Shown here one piece after another: positions 8,371 to 15,600 of a stretch of 36,801 nt of DNA. Below the pieces are notes generated by a model. It had not been told where the DNA came from and ran no database searches. It saw only the letters and a list, made by a program, of their open reading frames with translations. This DNA comes from a virus. Lineage: Duplodnaviria; Caudoviricetes. The stretch spans positions 1 through 36,801 of the IMG/VR virus record IMGVR_UViG_3300038675_000028. The stretch is one strand, 5' to 3'. Within the stretch, counting starts at the first letter, position 1. Each line of letters starts with the position of its first letter. The translations under genes and the position numbers were made by a program.

Positions 8371-9064
8371 AGGTTTGGTTGATGAGGATATCGCCAATTA
8401 CTCCAAGACGTCGATGTTCCTTATCTTTCCTGACTGCTCTTTCAAGTGCGATATCGAGTGCGGAGAACAGGTGTGTCAAAACTCCGCACTCGCGCACGCT
8501 CCGGTAATTGATATTGCTAAAGAGGAAATCTGTGAACGATACATCACAAATCCCATGACAGAGGCGGTCGTACTTGGCGGCCTTGAGCCTTTCGATTCTG
8601 CTATGGATTTGGTGAGTTTTGTTAATTGCCTCCGGCGCCAGTATCAGTGTGAGGATGATATCGTCATCTATACCGGCTACACCGAAGACGAAATACTGAA
8701 TGGCGCGATGCTGAAGAACGTCTTTGAGACTATCTGCCAGTTTGGCAATATTATCGTGAAATATGGGCGATTTGTACCTGGCCAGGACAGTCACTTTGAC
8801 CAGGTATTAGGTGTGAATCTGGCATCACTTAATCAATACGCTAAACGATATGAAAAAGGGATGCTTTCTTCTTTCCCCTCAAAGAAAATTATTCTAAATC
8901 CTGACAAAGATGTTGTGGATGCAGTCCGCGCCGCCTTGAAAGAGAATGATGGTTACTGCCCTTGTCGCTTGGAGAAGACTGCTGATACAAAGTGTATGTG
9001 CAAAGATTTCCGTGAGCAAGAAAGTGGTATGTGCCATTGCGGTCTGTATATCAAGGAAAATTGA
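8360..9064 (+). CDS. nrdG: Class III RNR activase (radical SAM) fused to a C-terminal ferredoxin:thioredoxin reductase catalytic-like domain
   Basis: AAGGAGG RBS, ATG 8360. CSFKC..CQN, GGLEPF, IYTGY, GRF, ASLNQ are NrdG motifs. The last ~60 aa (LNPD..GYCPC..CMC..CHCGLY) carry the three Cys-x-Cys motifs of the FTR catalytic chain. Confidence 0.9.
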   Translation: MRLKGLVDEDIANYSKTSMFLIFPDCSFKCDIECGEQVCQNSALAHAPVIDIAKEEICERYITNPMTEAVVLGGLEPFDSAMDLVSFVNCLRRQYQCEDDIVIYTGYTEDEILNGAMLKNVFETICQFGNIIVKYGRFVPGQDSHFDQVLGVNLASLNQYAKRYEKGMLSSFPSKKIILNPDKDVVDAVRAALKENDGYCPCRLEKTADTKCMCKDFREQESGMCHCGLYIKEN

Positions 9065-9089
9065 CTTTTCGTCAAATTCGTGATATACT
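9061..9089 (+). promoter_or_regulatory. sigma70/sigmaA-type promoter with extended -10
   Basis: TTGACT(9061-9066)-17 nt-TATACT(9084-9089) with TG at the extended -10 position. Confidence 0.85.
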
Positions 9090-9121
9090 TTAAGTATAAT
9101 AAGAGTAAAAGGAGTAATGCT

Positions 9122-9343
9122 ATGAGAACATCTGATACCGCTGTCACTCTTGTTGTGACACTTATTATCGTCCTGCTGCTCGAACTGCTTGTGTGGCCGG
9201 TGTTCATCATGTGGGCATGGAACGCTGTTATGCCCTATCTGCTGGGTCTGCCCATGTTGAACTGGGGCTACGCCTTCGCGCTGAACCTGCTGTGCACTCT
9301 GCTGTTCGGACACGTCACCAGCGGCAGTTCCAATAAGAACTAA
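9122..9343 (+). CDS. Small membrane protein (two hydrophobic segments)
   Basis: AAAGGAG RBS, ATG 9122; 73 aa, almost entirely hydrophobic (AVTLVVTLIIVLLLELLVWPVFIMWAW; WGYAFALNLLCTLLF). Confidence 0.8.
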   Translation: MRTSDTAVTLVVTLIIVLLLELLVWPVFIMWAWNAVMPYLLGLPMLNWGYAFALNLLCTLLFGHVTSGSSNKN

Positions 9344-9354
9344 GGAGGACGCTG

Positions 9355-10035
9355 ATGAATAAACCTCTCTCTAATATTAAGGTTTACGACCTTGAGGAAA
9401 GTCTGATTGCCAGCGGCTACCCAATGCGCACCACCGCTGAAATGCGCGAGGTCGAAGACAAGGATTGGAAGCGCGGGCGCAATCTGACAAAGGCATCTAA
9501 CGGAAATAACGCCCACGGTCAGTGGCTTACGGGTGTGCGTGTCGCCTTTGATATGACCTTCTCTAATAAGGGATGGGTCGAGGCGGAGCGTTATCGCTTT
9601 CTTGAGTTCGTCAGTTCCCAGTCCACCATGCACCGAATCACTAAGTTCGACATCCGGCGCCAGTACAATGAGTACGTTGACCCACGGGTTATCGAAATTA
9701 TGGAGGAAAAAGTCGCTGTATATAACGCCTGGGTTGATGAGCCTGATGTCATTATGAATGATTATGGCATCACCAAGGAAGAGTACAACGAGCGGCTTAA
9801 GGTGAAATACCTTGAAATCCTCTATACGAATCCTGCTGGATTCACACTGACGGCACGCATGACTACGGATTACCGTTGTCTGCTGAATATGTACGTCCAG
9901 CGCCATGACCATCTTCTGCCGGAGTGGCGCCTGCTGTGTGAGCAGTTGTTGGAGTTGCCGCATTTTAAGGAGTTGGTGGAAGCCTATTACTCTGGCGGCA
10001 TCCACAAAGATAACTTCTTCGAGGGTGAGCGCTGA
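9355..10035 (+). CDS. thyX: Flavin-dependent thymidylate synthase-like protein
   Basis: AAGGAGG RBS; ERYRFLEFVSSQS (variant of RHRx7-8S), NPAG, TDYRCL, QR..H.LPEW; located in a nucleotide-metabolism cluster. Confidence 0.72.
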   Translation: MNKPLSNIKVYDLEESLIASGYPMRTTAEMREVEDKDWKRGRNLTKASNGNNAHGQWLTGVRVAFDMTFSNKGWVEAERYRFLEFVSSQSTMHRITKFDIRRQYNEYVDPRVIEIMEEKVAVYNAWVDEPDVIMNDYGITKEEYNERLKVKYLEILYTNPAGFTLTARMTTDYRCLLNMYVQRHDHLLPEWRLLCEQLLELPHFKELVEAYYSGGIHKDNFFEGER

Positions 10036-10295
10036 TGAAAATGCGCGTGTTCTATGGTGAGGGAGACAAAATCTCCTTCACCAGATACGAACTGGAGAAA
10101 CTTCTTGGGGAAGTGTTCCAAGAAGGATTTGACGCAGGCGTAAAGTCAGTGGAGTCGATGGAGCAGTTGGTGATTAACCCTGTTTACACGCCTCCCGCTT
10201 GGCCTTGGCCTATCCCAAAAGAAATCTACTGCGAGACTTCTCCTCTCGACAGTTTGGAAGGAGGAACGACAGATGCGTCTCTTAAAGCAAACTGA
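10035..10295 (+). CDS. Hypothetical protein
   Basis: 86 aa, TGATG coupling to the upstream stop. Confidence 0.7.
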   Translation: MKMRVFYGEGDKISFTRYELEKLLGEVFQEGFDAGVKSVESMEQLVINPVYTPPAWPWPIPKEIYCETSPLDSLEGGTTDASLKAN

Positions 10296-10485
10296 CGAAT
10301 ATCGTGTGGAAAACGAAATAGAAGCAAAAGAAATGATGGAGAAGTTCCGCACGGAAGCCCATGAAGAGGGCTATACCATCGGCAAGATGGGTTATACTCT
10401 GAAAACCAAAAAGTCTAAGGGCGAAATCATCGACGAGGGCTGTCTGTTGACTGTCCAGAAAGTCTTTGGCGCGTTCTTCGACTAA
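10273..10485 (+). CDS. Hypothetical protein
   Basis: 70 aa, AAGGAGG RBS, fills the gap before dut. Confidence 0.75.
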   Translation: MRLLKQTDEYRVENEIEAKEMMEKFRTEAHEEGYTIGKMGYTLKTKKSKGEIIDEGCLLTVQKVFGAFFD

Positions 10486-10494
10486 GGAGGAACA

Positions 10495-11457
10495 ATGGCT
10501 GAAATTCTGACAATCGACCAAACGAAGGCGGCCGCCCAAAAGGTGGCAGAAATGCCTGCTCAGGTCGAGCAAGAACAAAAGAATCTGTTCCAATCCATTA
10601 TGGAACAAATGAGCGCCGTCAATCAAAGTCTCGGTGGTTTTGAGGAACTCGGCGCGCTGCTCGCGCTTCCCGATGAAATGTTCACCATTCTCGGCCCAAT
10701 TTTCTTGGAGGAATTGGAGAAGGGGCTGAATAACACCAATGACAAAATGCTGCTGGTGCAGGCGCTCAATGCGTCTGGTATGCAGGTGCAGGACGTCCAG
10801 GCAGAATATGTGAGTATCGCTGCCGGCATCGACAAGATGGAAGGTCTGACAAACATGAAGAAGGACTTCCTCAAGCAGATGATTGGGATGGTGTACAACG
10901 GGATTGCTGACACAGCGGGCGCCGGTAAGAAGTTCATCAACATCGCAGTTGAGCTGTGCCATCCTGACGCGAAGATGCCTACCTATGCTAATCCTGGCGA
11001 CAGCGGCATGGATGTGTATGCCGTGGAAGATACGACCGTCGCGCCGGGTGAGACAAAGCTGATTCATACCGGCATTAAGATGGCTATTCCGCTGGGATAT
11101 GAAATCCAGGTTCGTCCCAAGAGCGGGCGCGCGCTGAAGACGAAACTGCGCGTTGCTAATACGCCTGGTACGATTGATTCCGGGTATCGGGATGAAATCT
11201 GCGTTATCATTGACAATATCGAGCCGCCTGTTACGGATGTGGCTGGAGACTATATTGGTGATGGTTCCACTGGCCCCATCAGTTTCAAGGTTGGTTCCGT
11301 GGCAACCGGGCGCGAGTTCACTATTGGGAAAGGAGAGAAGTTCTGCCAGTTTGTGCTTTGCGAAGTTCCCAAAGCCGTTCTTCACCAGGTTGAGAGCGTT
11401 GGGTCTATCGCAAATGACGGGCGCAACGGGGGCTTTGGAAGTACGGGAGTGAAGTAA
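10495..11457 (+). CDS. dut: Trimeric dUTPase with ~145-aa N-terminal extension
   Basis: Five motifs present: DSGMDV, RPKSG, GTIDSGYRDEI, KFCQ, RNGGFGSTG; AAGGAGG RBS. Confidence 0.93.
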   Translation: MAEILTIDQTKAAAQKVAEMPAQVEQEQKNLFQSIMEQMSAVNQSLGGFEELGALLALPDEMFTILGPIFLEELEKGLNNTNDKMLLVQALNASGMQVQDVQAEYVSIAAGIDKMEGLTNMKKDFLKQMIGMVYNGIADTAGAGKKFINIAVELCHPDAKMPTYANPGDSGMDVYAVEDTTVAPGETKLIHTGIKMAIPLGYEIQVRPKSGRALKTKLRVANTPGTIDSGYRDEICVIIDNIEPPVTDVAGDYIGDGSTGPISFKVGSVATGREFTIGKGEKFCQFVLCEVPKAVLHQVESVGSIANDGRNGGFGSTGVK

Positions 11458-11458
11458 T

Positions 11459-12199
11459 GTGGCCCGTATAACCATTGAGTCCATTAACACAGAACTCGCG
11501 CCGAATGGCTGGAAGTGTGTTTCGGAGAAGTACGAAAACCTTGACAGCCAACTTCACTTCAAGTGTAATGAGGGACATGATGTTTACTCCACTTGGAAGA
11601 GAATACGCAGTCGGCGCGAGTGCCCTATGTGTGCGGACAATGAACTCGCTAATGTTGATGCAAAGGTTGTACCAAAGAAAGGAAAGCAACGTATTCTCGC
11701 GCTCGACCAATCGTCGCATATGACTGGTTGGTGTGTTATTGATGATGGCACACTGGTTAAGTATGGGACGTTTAATGCGGGCGCCGGGGATGAAGCGGAA
11801 CGGTTTAATCGGTTGAAGATGTGGTTCTGCTCGATGGTTGCAACTTGGAAACCGGATTTTGTTGGATTTGAAGGGATTCAGTTGCAGGATACATCTGATG
11901 GTGATAAATCCAAGAAGATGGGTGTTACGGTATTTCAAACGCTCGCGCGCACTCAAGGGGTGCTGATGGAGACTGCGTTTTCGTTAAAGTTACCATTTGA
12001 GATTGTACCAACGAACACTTGGAGAAGCCATGCAGGTGTTAAGGGCAGGACGAGGACGGATAAGAAAACGTCGATGAAACTGTTGATTAAACAGTGGTAC
12101 GATGTGACTGTTGTGGATGATATCGCTGATGCTATCGGCATTGGGAAGTATGTGTCGGATAGAGTTGTCAGCGCCGTGACAACGGAACAATGGGATTGA
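11459..12199 (+). CDS. ruvC: RuvC-like Holliday junction resolvase with N-terminal Zn-ribbon
   Basis: ILALDQSSHMTGWCVI (catalytic D), VGFE, DDIADAIGIG; N-terminal CNEGH..CPMC. Confidence 0.8.
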   Translation: MARITIESINTELAPNGWKCVSEKYENLDSQLHFKCNEGHDVYSTWKRIRSRRECPMCADNELANVDAKVVPKKGKQRILALDQSSHMTGWCVIDDGTLVKYGTFNAGAGDEAERFNRLKMWFCSMVATWKPDFVGFEGIQLQDTSDGDKSKKMGVTVFQTLARTQGVLMETAFSLKLPFEIVPTNTWRSHAGVKGRTRTDKKTSMKLLIKQWYDVTVVDDIADAIGIGKYVSDRVVSAVTTEQWD

Positions 12200-12234
12200 A
12201 AAAACCCCGACTTCGGAGAGAAGTCGGGGTTTTC
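12199..12234. terminator. Bidirectional intrinsic terminator between the convergent modules
   Basis: AAAACCCCGACTTC-GGAGA-GAAGTCGGGGTTTT perfect inverted repeat, A-run on the left and T-run on the right, between two facing stop codons. Confidence 0.92.
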
Positions 12235-12235
12235 G

Positions 12236-12619
12236 TTATTCTTGGATGAAGGGAAGAAGCAGAGACATATCATCAACGCTGAAGTTGATGCCCGCGAAGT
12301 CGGAAAGTTTGAAAGTAATATCAGGGATATCGACCTGCATTTGGGAGAGTTCGGTGAGTTTCTCGCCGCACTCTTTCACTTTCTCTTGTTTGATGCGGAC
12401 GCCTTTACCGTCTTCGGTTGCGATGGGATGGCCTTCTTCGTCGCGGTCAACGTAGAGGTCAATGTATTGATTGAAGCGTTCCTCGTAGAACTTGATTTCC
12501 GGCGCGAAGGCCATACGAAGTTTGGCCATCTTGTAGGCGATATCGAGAGGGAGCTTCTTTTCGGAGAGATTGTCCAGCAGCTTATTGAAGCCGAGGATGT
12601 TTGAGATTTGCGTTTTCAT
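12236..12619 (-). CDS. Phage protein, DUF1617-like
   Basis: 127 aa, AGGAGG RBS; pattern KLPLDIAYKMAK..FYEE..DEEG..LLLPFI recalls small proteins found after tail-tip genes. Family call is from memory. Confidence 0.65.
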   Translation of the reverse strand: MKTQISNILGFNKLLDNLSEKKLPLDIAYKMAKLRMAFAPEIKFYEERFNQYIDLYVDRDEEGHPIATEDGKGVRIKQEKVKECGEKLTELSQMQVDIPDITFKLSDFAGINFSVDDMSLLLPFIQE

Positions 12620-12643
12620 CAGCAGATACCTCCTATTTTCTTT

Positions 12644-12672
12644 AGTATAACAGAATTTTGAAGAGATGTCAA
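12644..12672 (-). promoter_or_regulatory. sigma70/sigmaA-type promoter for the 127-aa gene
   Basis: Minus strand TTGACA(12672-12667)-17 nt-TATACT(12649-12644) with extended -10 TG, followed by AGGAGG. Confidence 0.85.
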
Positions 12673-12673
12673 A

Positions 12674-15600
12674 TTAACTACTGGAAGCAGGGATAAAGGA
12701 TTGAATGTATGCGTCAATACGGATTCCATCAACATAGAGATTACTGATACGAACACCATTCATAGCACTCAGACTAAGAGCGCCAATAACACAATACATT
12801 TCCAAAACGCCGCTATAACTATTCAAGACAATACGTCCATCTTCGTATTCATTAGAAGAATATTGGCGTAAAAATTTAATCATACCATCATTGATGACAA
12901 TACGTGTTTGCCCCCATCCGATATTACCTGAAGTTTGGAACGTCGCACCAGTAATTGTGCCACCAGTAATATATGGGGATACAACAGTATTACCACTGAT
13001 GAATGTGCCACCAGAGTAAGTACCATTGGCAATTTGACGAGCAAGATTACTAGCGTTAGAAGCAGCTATACTCGCCGCGCTTGCCGCAGATTCAGCGTCA
13101 GCGGCGTCTCTCGCAGCAGCTACGGCTTCATTATAAGCAGTAAGTGCGTCTGCTTTTGCTCCATCATCCGCAGCAGACATGATAGAAGACTTTGCTGTTG
13201 TATCAAAAGAAATGGCGCCTGTGAGGGTAATATTACCATTATTGCCGTCGAGTTTAATGTTGCCCAAATCAAGGTAATTGCTATCAATCTTACCAGTACC
13301 ATCAAGAATGTTTACATAACTTCCTGTCCCACCGTTCTTAATCATCAAATTTGCAGCCTTAATTGTACCAGTAAACTCACCATCAGAAGCATACACCGTA
13401 CCATTGAAGTAACCAGATTCAGCCTCAACTTTACCATGAAACTCACCATTGGTTGCCTTCACGTTACCCTGACCATCAACAGTAAATTTGTTATTCACGT
13501 TAATAACATCAGGAGTTTGGGTATCAATATGAATCGTCAGTCCGCGCCAAGTCAAGCTAAACATCGCATCCGTAATAACCTGGTCTACGCTGGTAGGACG
13601 ATAATTCGTCTTGTTTGTAATCCCATACAAACCAAACCTATCCATCCTCACGAACTTATTAAAGTTCGTATTCGCTACGTTCCCCTGGCTATCCATATCA
13701 AAAGCATACGCGCTCAACCCATAAGCATCCCACCGGAAAGTCTCTTGCCCATCAGCATAGATATAAACTTCTCCCGTGTTCAGGCGCCCGGTCGTAATCA
13801 CACTCGCGTTGATACCTTCGGCGCTAATGGCTGTCTGATAGTTTCCGCCAGTACAAACCAAAATACCCAGTGAGTTAATGAGTAAGTCTCCGCGACCACT
13901 GGTTGCGGTGATAGTGCCTTTGTCTTGGTCGATAATCAGTTCACCATTCGGCGCGCCCATAATCAAACCAATGTTCTTCTCCAGCGAATTGCGCAGGAAC
14001 TCACTATTGAGAGTGCCGTCAGGATTTACAGCAGAGCCGGCGCGATTGTAGACGCCTTCTGCGTATTGGAGAGAAGTTGTAGAGGCGGTGATGCGTTGGA
14101 ACAAATCCTCGAACTGGGTTTTGTAATTTTGAACGGTGATTACGTTCTGGCTTGGGTCGTCCAGATGATACAAAACCTTCGAGATTACGATTTCCTCACG
14201 GTAAGGACTACCATTCGAGTTGTATCCAAAGAACTCGGTATCTTCCATATAGGTTTTGTCGCCAATATGGAAGGTATATGGCTCAAATCCCTCAACTTGA
14301 GAAAGTTCCAGCACGTCAATGGTGTAGGTAAGTTTCGGAAAAGCGGACTGGCGCAGTACCTCAACAGCATCCATGTAGTACAAATCTGCGTCGATGTAAT
14401 CCTCCGAAATCCATGTTCCCTCTTGGATGAAACGAGAATACTTGGAGTAGAACATCTTATTGAGGGCCTGCTTCTGCTCCGAAAGTACCGCAAGGCTGGC
14501 CGCGAGATTATTGTATGCGCTTTGATACGCATTTACCAGCGCATCAGTATCCGTTACGATTTGGGAGTACTGATTGATGATGGAGGCGGCGGTATCACGT
14601 TTTGTAATGATACTGTTGAGTTCGTCGTTGTTACCCGGTCCGCGCTGTTTAGTGGCGGCCGCGGATGGAGTAATACCGCACCAGTTGGCAATGTCGGTAA
14701 TGTACTCTTGATAGTTATTCTTCGCTTCCTCTACCAATGCAGAGTATACTTGCTGGCGCGCGATAAGGTTTACCAACGTATTCCCCAGTTCACCCAACTC
14801 ATAGATATCCGGCTTCATCCGCTGATTCATCGTATGCAACTTCGCAAAATAAGCCATGCCACCATCGTTATCCCCAAAGAGGTCACGATTGAGGTCGCGC
14901 CGACTGAGCAAACCATTCTGAATGAAGTAGTTAAAGTTGAACATCGCTGTTTCCAGCGTTGGATTCATCGTAGCGTACTGAATAGTACAAGACCCATTCT
15001 CTGCATACTCATTCGCATTTGGCTGGACAATCATCTTCGACACAAGCTGATTAGAATCAATGCGCCGCTGAATACCCTTAAGGTTAATTCCGTACTTAAA
15101 TCCTGCCCAGTTTTCCTGGCCGATAAACTCCTTGAATGCAACCCATTTCTGGATATGACGTTCATAGTTCACACCAGAGAAAGAGGCCCCTTCTGCATAG
15201 GTATATTCATTAAAGTTGAAATCGTTTGAATACTGATTTCCATACTCACCTGGTTGAGACGTAGCCTTCTTGTAGTAGATTTTACCCGGCACCGGCGCGC
15301 TGTCTTCGGTGAGTTGATAGACATAACGCGGAGAGCCGTCAGAGAAGTGTTCGATGGTGAACTTCGCCCAACACTCAAATGTTTCGCAGAGTTCCTGGAG
15401 AAGATTGAAGCGATTGGACTTCGAGCCGGTAATGGAGCGAACTTTCTCAAAGGTTTCGTCCTTTTCAGGAGTGTACGCAGAGAGCGTGCTCTCGTCCGAG
15501 TAGCAGACTTCGGACAGCCGCAAATTGTTGATGCTGGTAACGCCATTGAGGTTCTGAGGGGAGAAGAAATTGTATCTCACCTTTACGACGGAGTTCATCG

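Noticed and set aside
6750-11956. - strand ORFs of 389, 221, 402 and 183 aa opposite nrdD, thyX, dut and ruvC
   Set aside because: Antisense shadows of well-supported + strand genes.
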